64,000 bases of DNA from Octopus bimaculoides (GCF_001194135.2 NC_068984.1:100222042-100286041), one strand, 5' to 3'; shown: positions 13,771-63,672, counted from the first letter of the stretch. Notes: a model not told the origin generated them from the letters alone. Numbers and translations: made by a program.

Positions 13771-16290
13771 AATAAGTTAATATATAACAAGTTCATTATA
13801 TCAGATAGAATAAATTTCATACCTGATTTTAAATGGGGACTTCTCTTTTTTCTATCTTTGAAATGTAGCACTTATTTTCTCAGTCTACAAATTAAATGCA
13901 GAGTTGAAATGACTACAGGAATAGGGAAAATGAGTTCCTAATTTAAATTTGCAACAGGTAGAAGACTGGATATTCATTTCCACAAGATCAATGCCATTTC
14001 AATGCCTTATTCCTAGACATACTAAGTGTACATTCTATCCAATGAAAGACTTCTCTTTTCAAGTTACTTTTTATGAGCATAATTCTAATTCTAATTAAAT
14101 ACACTGCTTATGTGTTTTAATAAAAGAAAACATAGGATTTGGAAGGGTTTAATATAATTTTGACATCATTAAACATGCCCTTGATTTAAATATATACACT
14201 TGAAAATGGATATAGTTTTGTATTCTAGAATAGGGACAGTCTCAGGTGGGCTGATGTAAAAAAATTTAATTATAAAAGTCAGTTCGAAGCATGAGTTTTA
14301 ATGACCATTTTGTGTGTCATATAGCTAAGACATTATTTGGCAGCTAATGGTTCCAGGTTATGTTGAACCTTATTGCTACATCTGTAGTTTCTAATGTAGG
14401 AGATAAAATATTCATTCGCTTAGCATTTTATAAACAGACAGCAGTAATTAACATGAAATCAAATATTAACTGAGATTTCTGTGGTTAAGATAACTGTCAA
14501 AAGAAGGGGAAGTTACTCTGTATTGAGTAATATGGTGTATAACCAACATTACAGTACAATTTAAAGTTTGGGCTTTATACAAGAAATACTGATGGTAACG
14601 TGGACTTAGTAGGAGGCTACACAAAACACAAACAGTTCTGGCAGTGAAATACTAATTCTTTTTTTTTTTTTTTACAATATTCAAATTCAAATGTTAATTC
14701 TTTAAATATTTTAATAAATATATTTAAGACATGGTTAGAACCAAGTGAACATTGTGTATGAAACCTCTGATTGAATTGCTTTAGAGTAGAATGATAACTA
14801 GTTGAGATTATAGCCCTTATTTCCCACACAAATAACTTCCACCAGCCCTCTAAGAAGTCACCTCCACCCATGGAATACATTCCCTGCCCAGATTTTTCCT
14901 AGTCATCAACTCAAAGTTTCTTTAACAAGGATGTTAACAAATCTCACCAGTCTTAGAGGGCTGGTGAAGGCCATATCACAGCCCCTTACACAAGACCGAA
15001 TCATCAGTCTCAAAGGGCCTGTGACGGACATCGGACGAGGTAGATCAAAACCATGACATTTCATACTCAACTATCACTCTTAAAACAGTGTGACTATCAC
15101 TATAGTGTCAGAAGTATTAGGCTTTCAACAGTTGAGAGATATGTGGATTAAAACTACAAACTATGAATGATCCTTAAACAACTGCTTCCTTCAGACAAAC
15201 TGGAATGGTATTTTCCAACCTAATTACAAATTATTAAACACATCCATAAATGAATTTATATAATACCTAGTTCTTTGGGGCCTCCATGTGGTTGTTTGAG
15301 TCACTAGAAATAGCTAGCAAATTTTGCACAAATCACAACCACTGTCTTAAAAAAATGGCATTGACACATAAGACATTGTAGTCCAAAATGGACAGTGAAT
15401 TGGTAGATAATGGAGCAATGAAGAGAATGTTGGTCCAGTTCTTTGTGTTCTGAGTTCAAACCTCAAGGTCAACTTTGCCTTCCATTCTTTTGGGTTAATA
15501 AAAGTATCAGTTCAGGGCAGTGGATAAGTAAAATATTTAGAGTATGGAATGCTCTGTCATATCTTTCTTTTCTGTTCTGATGGCAATGCTTGCAACAACA
15601 CTGGTACAAAGCAGACTTGGCCCTTACTTTTCCTTCCAACATTTGTGATATGGAAAGAAAAGCCAGATGTTAATTTCCTATAAATATAATCTTACACAAG
15701 CCTGCATTTTGGAGAGGAACTCTCCAGGTGAAGATCCATAGTATCAGGAGACAGAGACCCTAGAGATACAAAAAAAAAATGTGGGAATGTTATGGCTAGA
15801 ATACCCTTCATAACTTTGCTTAATCAGGACTGACCAGGAGCCAAAGATGATAAAAGAGTACAAATTTTGCTACACATATAATATCCCTTAACAAGTTATT
15901 TGTTGATACAAATGTGTTTACATTTTTACAAAAGCCAAATGAACTGGTCAAAGGCCTAACTCTGTTAATTACGAGAAATCAGATCTTGAGTAAGACTCCA
16001 CTCTATCATGTGTGACTTTTCCTATAAAAAAAAAAAACTATTGCTTATCTTCCCACCATAACAGCAAAGAGGTATCTTAAGAGTCCCATCAGAAAAGTGG
16101 ATTGAAGCCCACAAAATTCCAGAATATCTAAAAAGCTTTTCTTTTTCTTAAAAAAAAAAAAAAGGAATGAAAATACAACTGTGCTTCACATTTTAACTCA
16201 AATTGGTACATTAATAAACACTGAGCAATTTGCCTCTAGATATAATATATGCATATGAACGTACACAATAAAACATATTAACATATACAA

Positions 16291-16870
16291 TACATGGTGC
16301 AGGGTGTGTTTTTGAACATTAGCAGGCCATAAATAGAAGATTAACTAAGGTTTCATGGCATGCTCCAAATTTTAACTATCATTTTTCTCTCAAACATAGC
16401 AACATGGTAGACCTTAGAAATGAAAAAGCAAGCTGTACTCATAGCTGTAGCAGCCAATTAGTGACTCAGAAATTGTCAACTTCTCGAACATAACTTGGTC
16501 CTTTGTGTTTAAGGTTGTGTAAGAGCTGGAGGCTTCTAGCAGAGAAATGTTATATGTGGCGAAAGGAAAAAAGAAATTCTTAACAGTCAGATAACATCAG
16601 GTCAGCCAAGGCTGTCCAGGTAATCCAGGACATCAACCAAGCAGCTCAAGGTAGCTTAGTCCACTACCAATGTGTAGGACACAAAGACATCAAGTACAAT
16701 TCCTGTACAATGGGGAATGCTGCTTAATGACTGGCAAGCACCTGTGTGAACATTGTGATCATATTACATGACTTCCTCTAGTACTCTCGACTTGAATCAC
16801 CTGTACTTCTGCATCTAGAATGTTGTTGGAAAAATAGAACCACTGAATGGCAACCCAACAGTGCTAAGGA
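16291..16870 (+). mobile_element. Decayed, internally deleted Tc1/mariner (maT/DD37D-like) transposase remnant
   Basis: Broken frames from ATG 16420: MKKQAVLIAV..SEIVNFSNITWSFVFKV..ELEAS; VQVIQDINQ; GHKDIKYNSCTMG; SSTLDLNHLYFCI*NVV (resembles PPNSPDLNPLDYYVWGVV). Confidence 0.7.
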
Positions 16871-17268
16871 ATTGTTAGAGACAGGTGGAATCTGACAGCA
16901 TGGTTAGCGCCGCAAGATCCTGGCATGCAGATGTTACCATAGATATACTGGGGCTAAGGGAAGTTTTGTTTGGTAGTTTGTTTCTTTGATTCTAGTTGAA
17001 TGTGTGTGCCTTTTGTTTTCTTTTTGAGTGCTATTTTTTTCATTTTTTTTGTTTGTTTAGTATCTTTGATTTCCTTGTGTTCTCAGATTCCTCATGCACA
17101 CTCACACTTATACAGAAGATTAAAAAAATATGTAATAGTATCTCTTAAGTATTAATACAGAAACACACAGTATACATAATTACCATATATATATATACCA
17201 GAGTAAGCACATAAATGCAAAACAAGGTGGAAAAAATAGTACTCAAATACCAGAGGTAGAGTAATATG

Positions 17269-17780
17269 CTTTATTAAAAAGCAGCAAAAATATCACAAAA
17301 GCTGTTACTCAGAGTTTCACGTTCCTGTTCGTCAGACAGTTTTGTTAAGAATGGAACAAAAATAATGTTATAAGCAAACATATACAATTAGTTTAATAGA
17401 TACCCATTTGAAAATGGTTTTGTTTCATTGGTCCTTTCAACTAATGGTCTTTACAATGACCGGTTGCATGCAATGAACAAACTTTGGTATAAAATCAAAG
17501 AAAACCTCAAATCATTTGATTTTGATTTAATATAAGCTATTTTTGATATAAAGTTTTCTTCGATTTTATACCGAAATTTGTTCATTGCATGCAACCTGTC
17601 ATTGTAAAGACCGTTATTTGAAACGACCAATGAAACAAAACCATTTTCAAATGGGTATCTACTAAACTAATTGTATATGTTTGCTTATAACCTTATTTTT
17701 GTTCCATTCCTGTCCAACGAACAGGAAAGTGAAGCTCTGAGTAACAGTTTTTGTGATATTTTTGCTGCTTTTTAATAAAG
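17269..17780. repeat. Long foldback/inverted repeat: arms 17269-17505 and 17553-17780, 47-nt spacer; Penelope-like terminal sequence at the outer ends
   Basis: The arms are reverse complements with scattered substitutions and one ~10-nt indel. Confidence 0.9.
17296..17344 (-). ncRNA. Minimal type I hammerhead ribozyme motif (Penelope-like pLTR type)
   Basis: The minus strand reads CAAAACUGU-CUGACGA-ACA GGAA CGU-GAA-ACUC U GAGU-A-ACAG C UUUUG. It has an intact catalytic core, a GNRA-capped stem II (one A-C mismatch), a palindromic stem III, a GUA cleavage triplet and a 9-bp stem I with one bulge. Confidence 0.7.
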
Positions 17781-20179
17781 TACACACACACACACACAGA
17801 TATATATATATATATATATATATATAATGCATACAAATATACACAATTATACATACACATGTATGTGTGTGTATATATATCTATATATATACATGCAATA
17901 TACATATGGTATATAAATTATGTAACTTCCAGTAGATGAAGTGTAAACTATTAATGGAAATAGTGTAGAGTAGTGTAGCATGTATGTGTGTTGGTACTGT
18001 TTATGTATGAGTGTGTTCATAAGATACAATAAGGTAAAACAAAAATGGCATGATAAAACTGTACACAGTAGGATGATAAGACAGACCAGACAGATACACA
18101 ATCCAAACAAGCAGACAGACATACAGACCAGATGGATAGACAAACCAGACTTAGATTGCATAGACAAACTGACACAAATAGACAGATAAACATAGGTAAA
18201 GCAGATAGACAGGTACACATAGACCAGACAGACCAACACAGATAAAGCGGATAGACCATCAGGCAAAACACATAAAAACCTGGAGGTGGCAGCAGCAGTA
18301 GTAGCAGCAGCAGTAAATCTACACAAACTCAATATATTTGCAATGATGTACAACTTTATTTCGAGGCCTTAAAAACCTGCCAACAGATTTTTTTTGTTTT
18401 TGCTTATATTTTTTTATATATTTTTTGGTTGGTTTTGTTGTTTATTTTTTCTTTCTTTTTCATGTTGTTCTGAAGTAAATAAATAAGGGAGTGAGAGAAA
18501 AGGATGTGAGGGAGACATATATATATGTATGTATATATATATAATTAATAAAATGAAGAATGGGAAAACAATTAAGAGATGATCGGCTGGTGAAGAAAGA
18601 GAGAGAGAGAGAGAGAGATGGAGTGAGAAGGAGTCTGTGAGAGAGAGAGAGAGAAAATAAGTATAATGGTGGACTTTGCTGGAAAAGAGGTCCAGACACA
18701 AGGAATGTGTTTTTAATTTTTTTAATCATTATCATCATTATTATTGTCTTTTATATATATCTTAATATTTTTTTCACTTGTTTTTAATTCCAAGGAAGTT
18801 AAGACTTATTGGAAAAAAAATAATGGTTTTGGTCAATGATTTTTTTTTAAAGGGAGGAGTCAGAGGAAGTGGGTGGGGGACTTGCTTATGTTTTCTTGAT
18901 TCGGAGTTTGACAGTAAAATGTGTTTTTTTAATAGATAAATTGAATCTTTGCTGAGAAAGGGAGCTATCTAGTTGATGATGATAATATGGATGCATGGTG
19001 TGCATGGGTATTTTGCTTCTTCAATTTTATTTAATTTATTTTTCAAACCGCACCTCTTCCACACACACACAAACATTTTTTTTAAATTTGAAAAAATCTC
19101 CTATCCAATGATCCAGTATTAGTTTTAGAGTATCCAAAAAACAATTCCACTTTGATTGTTTTTTCTTTTCTACAAGTAACACCCCATCCCCATAAAATTC
19201 TCACACACAGATGCAAACAAATAAAAAAAAAGTCCCTAGAATATAATTAAATGTTGAGTTTACGAAGAACCATGCCCTACCAAGTTTAGTGAGCAGGTGT
19301 GGCCCTCACCCATCTATGAGCAGAAAGGAGAGTGTGTTGGGGAACATTTAGTGAGAAAGGGGAGAACAAGAGATTCACAGGGAAGAACATTGGTGATAAT
19401 GGTGGTAGTGTTTAGAGTATGTTATTTAGAGCAAGAGAGAGAGAGTAAGAGGGAAGAGTGAAAAAGTATTTGTGTTAAAAAAAACAGTACAGAAAGTAAG
19501 GTGAAGAGGAACAAATTGAGAGGAAGGAGTTTAAGCAGATGAGACATGTAGAATGTTCTTTAAAATGTTTTTTGCATCCCAAGATCATCCCCCAAGAACT
19601 TAATATTATGACAAGTTGGAAAATAAGAAATGTTGATCCCAGATGCAATAAGAAGGACAAGTCTGCAAGGCATGTATTTATCACACACATAAATATATAT
19701 GTAAAACAATTTCTAGAGAAATGATGCACCTGGAGAAGAGGTTGGGATGAAACAACAGGCAAGCAAATCAAGAGAATTTCATCCCAAATACTAAGGAAAA
19801 AATGGGGGAGAGAGGAGAGAGGGACAAAGAATAGACAAGAGGGTGATCAGAGAAATGCTAGCACAATTATGTCGTTAGTAGAAATAAAGATCTGGTTGTT
19901 TTTTTTCTTCATAAAATGAAATTTCAGTCAATTCAAAATTTACTTTCCAGATCTGAGCTTATAAAAATATTTTTGTTTGGTTATATCAATTTATTTTATA
20001 TCACAATTGTCATTGGTCACAAGTTTCCAATGGGCAATTACTGGCTCATTGCATTGCTAACGAGAATAACAAGGGTGTGTCTGTAACTTAGGGCAGAATA
20101 TATATCACAAAGGACTTCATTTGAAGAGTATCAACTTTATTTCTTTCCCAATACTACATACTTCCTGACAAATAATGAG

Positions 20180-20237
<58 letters not shown>

Positions 20238-23200
20238 ACAGGATTCTGCACAGTTTCCATTTGCAAAATTCCACTCACAAGGTACTGAGCACAAGGCAGC
20301 AAAATGAACTTAACTACACAGCCACACCTGCACCCATTTGAAATTTCAAATTCCTTGAAAATCCTGAGGAAAAGACAAAACCCAGGAAATGTCCAGCATT
20401 ATACTTCAACTGATATCATAGCAAAGCTATAACACATCCATTGAAGCTTCACTGGAAGATACTATCGTTCATGGAATGGGTTCCTCACAACGTTTTTAAA
20501 CTCTATGAGGACCAGCTATCACAGAGATATTTAATAACCTGCTTACTCAAGAACATCAGCAGGCCAGATAAATATTGGGTAAGTCCCACATCTACATGGG
20601 TCCACATTTGCTCTACATCAACCACCAAGGTGTTCCACTTCTACCCAGCCATTGTTTAGCTACATTCATCATGCACAATATCTACTCCACACCAGTGTTT
20701 TCAAATTTAGGTTCTTTATTTTTGCTTTCCTTTCAAAGATTTGAAGCAATTTAAGGAAGATTTTGCTGCTATTTCCATTGACTCAAGAGCCACATCTACT
20801 CTACTACACTAAAACACTGCATGTTAGAGTATACAGAGAGAAGGATGTTGTAATTAGAGAACTTGATCTGTTAATCTCCAATAGTTGGTCAACTGACTTC
20901 AATGTTGATGGTCAACTTGAATGGATGCTGAAGGTCAGTGTGATGAAAACTAAGACTACACGAATGACCATCAACACAAACCAGTGTTACACTCATTATC
21001 TTTGCTCTAATGAATCAATTAACATGTTAACCCCACCCATATACCCCTGCCCTACATAAACCAATGTTTTCTCCACCCATCTTTGCCCAACACAAACCTG
21101 TGTTATCCCTACCTGCTTTTGCCCTACACACATCCAAGTGTTTTCGCCACCCACTCCTGCCCTACATTAACCAGTGTTATCCTCACCCACTTCTGCCCTC
21201 ACAATCCAGTACATTATCATACACACTTCTGCCCTACACGATAAGAACTTTTTCTTAAAATTATTTTACCTTACTTCCACCAAACCAATACCCTACCTTA
21301 CATAACCTCAGTCACATCCCATTCACATCAGTCACACCCTGGTACATTAGTGATGTAAAGGAGTATCAAAACTACACTCCCAGATAAGTGAAGCTAATGT
21401 ATCTGAGTTCCAGCCTGAATGGAGGGAACTAGAGATCTGGGATAGACGTACCACAGCCTCCTACATAGTGGAACAACTGTTGCATCTACATCCCATCCCT
21501 AGGGTAGATTAAAATGACAAACGAGAAACAGCAGTAGAAAGAAGCACCAAAGAGGATGTTAACCAAAATGATGCACTAATTACACAGTATGTAATTAAGT
21601 TGCCAGTAATAATTTGTTAAATTTCTCTACATTAAAACTAGATAGAAAATAGAGAGAAAAATTAGAAAAGGGAAAGAGATAAAAGTGTGTGAGAAGCATA
21701 ATGAAGGAGTTCTAGGGGTGAAATAGAATGTATGGATGGACTAGATAGAAGGAGGAAAGAAAAGTACACACACACACAAACTCTTCTTTTGCATTCACTA
21801 TATATATATGTGTAGAGAGGGAGAGAGAGAGAGATTCAATATAAGGGAATAGGGTAGCACGGTGCCTTGCCTACCTGATATAATCAATATAAAGAAGTAC
21901 GTTGATGAACCAATGATATGTATTGAAATGATTAATTACTTAGGGGCTGGCCCGGCAGTTAAGGGTTTTTTTTTTTTTAAGACCTTAGAAATGATGAGAG
22001 AATTTAATTTCAGAGTGGGGAAGGCTAGTGGCAAAACACTGATGGCTAAAATATAGAAATGATGCTCTAACAGTTCTGCAAGTCAGGCACCCTCATAATA
22101 ATAACAGTAATTATTTTTATTTCCATCATCTCACATTGGCAAAGGACAAATTTGTGTAGTGAATTGAATCATCCCAGTATTATCACTGGTACTTATACTA
22201 CAAATGCATCCACTCAGATGAAAGGAGGTAAAAACCAACACTCGTGTGATATCTGACCGGCTTCTTTCCCAAACATATAACAATTACCAATCTAAATGCT
22301 GTGAGGCATTTCAGTATTTAACTTGATCCTCTGACATTTAACATTTTTCTGTCAGCCGAGGAAAGAAGTGGAGGGAAAAGAGGAAGGATCACCTGGAACT
22401 ATTATTCAAAGACCAACTGGAATGGTCAAGACTTTTGTACTGCTTATTATTTGTTGTTTTTAAGTCATTCTGAATTTAACTCGATTGAGGAAAGAAAGTA
22501 AATGTGCCATAATATGAAAAGAGAAAGAGAAGAGAGAGTAAGTGTGTGTGTGTGTATGTGAGTGTATATATAAAGCAAGAAATTCCTGCTGAGAGTTCTA
22601 TGAATGTTGTGGTTTGTGGTGATGATGCTACAAAAGGGACGAAAAGATGAATAGACTTTCTCAATCTCATTTCCCCTACTTAAAAAAAAACAAAACTTTT
22701 CTGCTCGTTTTGAAAGATTAATTTATAAAGGAATTGTCTTTATAAAGTCATGACAGTGATGAGGAAGATGATAGCAGTAATGGAAGTGAAGATGACACGG
22801 CAGAAAGCAGCAGCAGCAGAATCAAAAACTGTACAGTCAAGAAAAGGGAGAGAACAGGAGGTTTGGGGGGGACAAAAATAAAGTCAGAGGGGTGCAGATG
22901 TTGGGAGTGGGAGAGTATCAGTGTGTAAGTGTGTATAGTGGAGAGTAGAGAATGAGAAAAGGGCCAGACCAGTTATACTAACAGTAGCAATAATTTCTCA
23001 AGGCCAGAAATCTAGGTGTGTGTATGGAGTGGGGGAGGGTCAGAAACAGTAATTTATGTTAACCCCAGCACATTAGTGATATTTAAAAATAATAATAATG
23101 ATGATGATGATGATGATTTCTTACTTTAGCCCTATGGCCACAAATTCACAAGTGATAGGAGGAAAGGGTGCAGAGATGACTAAATCTGAATCCTTCCTCA

Positions 23201-24418
23201 ATTCAAGACTGGTACTTTAATTTTGTTAGTCCCTACCAGAGGGATAAAAGGCAAAGTCAACCCCAGCAAGATTTCAGAACTCGGAAAGTACAGGGCATGC
23301 AACCAAATACTGCAAAGCATTTTGTCCAGTGCTCTACCGATTCTGCTATCAGCTGCTCCTAAGATAATAATAATGATAATGATGATTTCTAAGTTAGGCA
23401 CAAAGCCTCACATTTTGAGTGTAGGGGGAAGGAACAATCGATTAGATCGACCCCAGCATTTGGCTGGTACTTTATTTTATCGACCTCAACTCTGGGAGGA
23501 TGAAAGGCAAAGTTGGCCCAAGTGGTATTTTGAACTCAGTGTGTACAGGGTCGCGACCAAATACCGCAAAGCATTTTGTCCGGCACTCTACTGATTCTGC
23601 CATCCACTGCCATTAAAATAATACAGAATAATTAATAATTACAGTAGCAATTAGCTACAAATAAACAAATTCTGTAAGTGAGAAGGTTTAAAAAAAAAAA
23701 ACAATAAAAAAAACAATCCTTCCCAAAATGATGACACACCAGGCGTCAGCATATAACATCAATCTCCGCTGAGAAGATGTATAATGTCTCTTTTCCTTTG
23801 TTAGCTTGGTAATGCTCTCAGCAGTGAGCAGGGTTTCACGAAGCAACCCAGTTTATATCAAGTCCTGATGAATCAGCTTTAAGGTAGATATTGGTTGAGT
23901 CAGTCGGTACGGAAACACACCAACACAGTGCTTAGCTTACATTCCGATTTGGAGGTTTCAAACTGGGGTGTCAGCTGGAACCATATGAAAAGTCAGTCAG
24001 GTAGGACATTTCGTAGGAGAAAGTGAGAGAGGTGTATCCTCCCCCAAAAAAAAAAAAAATTGAAGTGTTAGCCTGTGTGTTTTGTTTTGTTTTGTTTTTC
24101 TTTTTGTGGCTGGAACATGTGGGATGGGGGTGGGTAGTTCCAGCAATCCAAATGAATTGTCTCTGTGTCCAGGTGCAAAAAAAGAGGGCATTGCAGAGTT
24201 GGTCATAATGACAATGACAGCGGCAGCAACAGCATCGACGATGACAACAGCGCCCACCAGGTGTGAACGGAACCTCTTTTTCTTTTATTTTGTTTTTCAT
24301 TTTTTTTTTTTTCACATTCTGATTAAGATTATCAGGAAACAACTCCATGGTGAAATGATACTGTCCATGTAATAATAATCATAACAATAATAATAATAGT
24401 GGTAGTAGTAGTAATAAT

Positions 24419-24454
<36 letters not shown>

Positions 24455-24860
24455 TCAGCTAAATCTGTGTGGAAATGAACTCTTCATTTGCTGATCTGTT
24501 CGCAATGAACACTGGTGGGTGCTTGTTGTGGAGGAGTGAAGTTCACTAACTCGCTATACAATGAACGGATGTTCACAAACCTGCTTGAATTCATTAGACA
24601 CCAGTCTATTCTTATTGCTTTCCATGTCTCTTAGTCGATATAAATTAGGGGGCTAATAATAATGATAATAATAATAATAATCATAATAATGTTTCCTCCT
24701 TTATAAAGATATATGAAAGACAAAGGGTCGAAGGTTACTTTATGTTTCCACATCTCACTTTTCTGATAACTGTCCTCCTCTTTGTAGTTTTGCTTCTTTA
24801 CATTTCACCTGGTTTTTTTCCTACATTTTGAACATTTTCTTACTGACACCACAACCATTT

Positions 24861-61025
<36,165 letters not shown>

Positions 61026-61840
61026 TTCCTATGTCCGGTGATACAAAGAATCACAAGCATCTTTTACGACCAAAAACCAAAGAATAACAATAACCCAAAG
61101 AATTAAAACAAACAGATTCACAAATAAATAAATAAAATAAAATAAAAGCAGTCAACAAGTCCCACGGCAAATTTGTGTGTAATCCTTTCTACAAACAAAT
61201 TTCGATCTCATGACCTATTAGTTCAGTCTAATAATCATCATCAATGGCAGTAACAAAATCATAAACAAACTACTTATTTTTAGAGTGTACTCCTGGTTCC
61301 TACTCTTTGAGTTGTTATATTGGTGTTGATTTTTTAAAATCTCCATCGGGTGGGCGGATGGAATCTTGCCAAAGTTGCCGTCCTTTTTGTTTCTTTCCTT
61401 TTTTAAATATCAGGATTGTTTTTGTTTTTTTTCTTTCAATCCCTATTTCACCACATTCACATTTATGTACTCGCCAACTGTAGCGAAATCGGGAAGATTA
61501 ACTTGGTTAACAGTATTTCAACATCGTATATAGCTTTACTCCACAGATGTGTGGATGAAAGTATAACCGTATGTATATGTATCTGTAGTATGTAAATAGT
61601 GAGTGTGCGAATAGACAAACACTGATGTAAAAAGGGAGAAAGAGTAGCAAGTGCGCGCCAAGTATTGTTTATCACTGATGTATTACAGTCAACATTACCA
61701 ACAGGAACTCTCGAGCAACAATAGAGAAAAGACGTAGAATGAATAAACTACACTAACTGATTACAATATATATTACGTATACATGTAAGCATATAGTTTG
61801 AAGAATAAATTACGGTAGATTAGCTGATAGTATTTCTTAC

Positions 61841-62030
61841 GTAGGAGGAATCAAAAGACTTCGGTTCCGGATTCCTCCGCACCCTACGTTTAAACAGAAC
61901 AACTGCACGAACCGGTGACTGACCACACAGTGAACCAATCAGATAATTGTCCGACACGCATATACATACATATATATAAACACATACATACACATGCGCA
62001 TTACACGGTGTTGCTTCCCCCTGACGTCAA
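61841..62030 (-). promoter_or_regulatory. Putative promoter and short non-coding first exon of the MPP8-like gene
   Basis: Locally CpG-rich. Minus-strand donor CTAC|GTAAGA at 61840; NF-Y-like AACCAATCAG at 61933-61942; ETS-like TTCCGG near 61865; TGCGCA near 61995; CRE palindrome TGACGTCA at 62022-62029. Confidence 0.45.
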
Positions 62031-63672
62031 CATGAGACACCAAGATTTCTGTCCCTCTATCTTTCATGATTGTTATATAAGAAGGCTAATCTGGCATCAA
62101 TTTTAAAGAATGCTATAATATATATACGTACAGATGTGTGTGAGACAACATTTATAATAAGTCTGTGTAAGGGTGTATAACAAAATTTATAACAAATGTG
62201 TGTGTGTGTGTTCGCGCGCGAGTATGTTATGGCAAGATCTGAAAATAGCTCAATGCTTACTCAATATATCGATTTTTCTGACTGAACCCCAAGCCACAAA
62301 TTTATAGGGAAACAAGCATAGTTGATAGAATAAACCCCAAGCACATGACTTTTTTTTTGTTATTGTTTTCTTTTCTTTTTTTTACTTCGCATGAGGAAAA
62401 ATACCACAAAGCATTTTATTTGGCACTATTGTTGTTTAGTTTGTCATCCTTAAGGAATTGAGAGTAATTTTGTATAGGATTGACATGGCGGAGGTCGTGA
62501 GTGGTGGTGGTGTATGCATTGAAAGCATATCACTCACCTACACATTCATTGCCTCCAATCAATCTTAACCTTTCCCCACTTCCTCCCGAACTACAGGTGA
62601 TTGTCGTCAGCTTTACCAAGGTACGTAATTAGGGTAGGTTCACCACCACCACTATCCTTACTTCCTACGCACTCTGCATAACCGAAGATCCTTATCATAA
62701 CAGAAAGACAAGGAGCATTAAATTAAATTTCAGCTGTAAACTGGATACCTTAATGCTAATTAATTAAAGGCATTAAAATTATTAATATTGTTGTTGCCCT
62801 TGTTTTTAAAGGTAATGAATGATATAAGGTATTTAGTTACATTACTACGTTTCAAATTCAAATCCTGCAAGGTCGAATTTGCCTTTTCTTCTGGAGGTAG
62901 ATGAAATTTACCAAAATAAGTACCAGTTATCTATGGTGTTCATTACATTAACTATTGCCACCTTCCCTCAAAATGACTAGCTTTGTCCTTGTTACAAACT
63001 ATAATTAGTAACAATTCTATTTTATTTTATACTCTATTGTTATTATATTATTGCAGCAAGTTGGCAGAATCTTTAACAAGGCATTTCTTCTAGTTTTACA
63101 TTCTGAGTTCGAATCCCACCGAGGTGCATTTTGCCTTTCATCCTTCCAGAATTGATAAAATAACTGTTTAGTACTGGGGCCAAGGTAGTCAACTATGCCC
63201 CTCCCCACAATTTTTAGGATTTACACCTATAGTAGAAAAGATTATTATTATTATAAAGGTAGGAAGATGGCAGAATTTTTAACAGGCTGGACAAAATGCT
63301 AAGCCTTGTTTCTTCTAGCTTTATATTCTGAGTTCGAAGTTGATAAGATAAATACCAGTCAAACAATGAAGTCAATGTGACAAATAAGCCCTAGTACCCA
63401 TAGTAAAAAGAATTATTATCATTTCTTTTTTAAGGCACTGAGCTGGCAGGATCGTTAGCCCGCTGGGCAAAATGCCTAACAGCATTTCATCCATCTTTAC
63501 ATTCTGAGTTCAAATTCTGTAGAGGATGACTTTGCCTTTCATCCTTTCAGGGTCGATGAAATAAGTACCGCTACGAACTGAGGATTGACTTCCCCCACCC
63601 ACCAAAAAATTTCAGGCCTCGTATCTATAGCAGAAAGGATTATTATTATTATTGTTCAGTAGTTTTATTTTT

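Noticed and set aside
20280-20830. Possible Penelope-like RT remnant
   Set aside because: Only vague motif resemblance; too decayed to call without a profile search.
22744-22870. Acidic/Ser-rich reading HDSDEEDDSSNGSEDD on the + strand
   Set aside because: Degenerate GAT/AGC triplet repeat, with no splice signals or longer frame.
23865-23895. CTGATGA hammerhead-core-like matches (also at 27829, 33740, 47022, 51248 and 57869)
   Set aside because: No stem II/GAAA/stem III architecture follows any of them.
23971-24372. Several overlapping 60-125 aa ORFs
   Set aside because: Derived from degenerate triplet repeats and poly-A/T tracts downstream of the stop codon; UTR-like.
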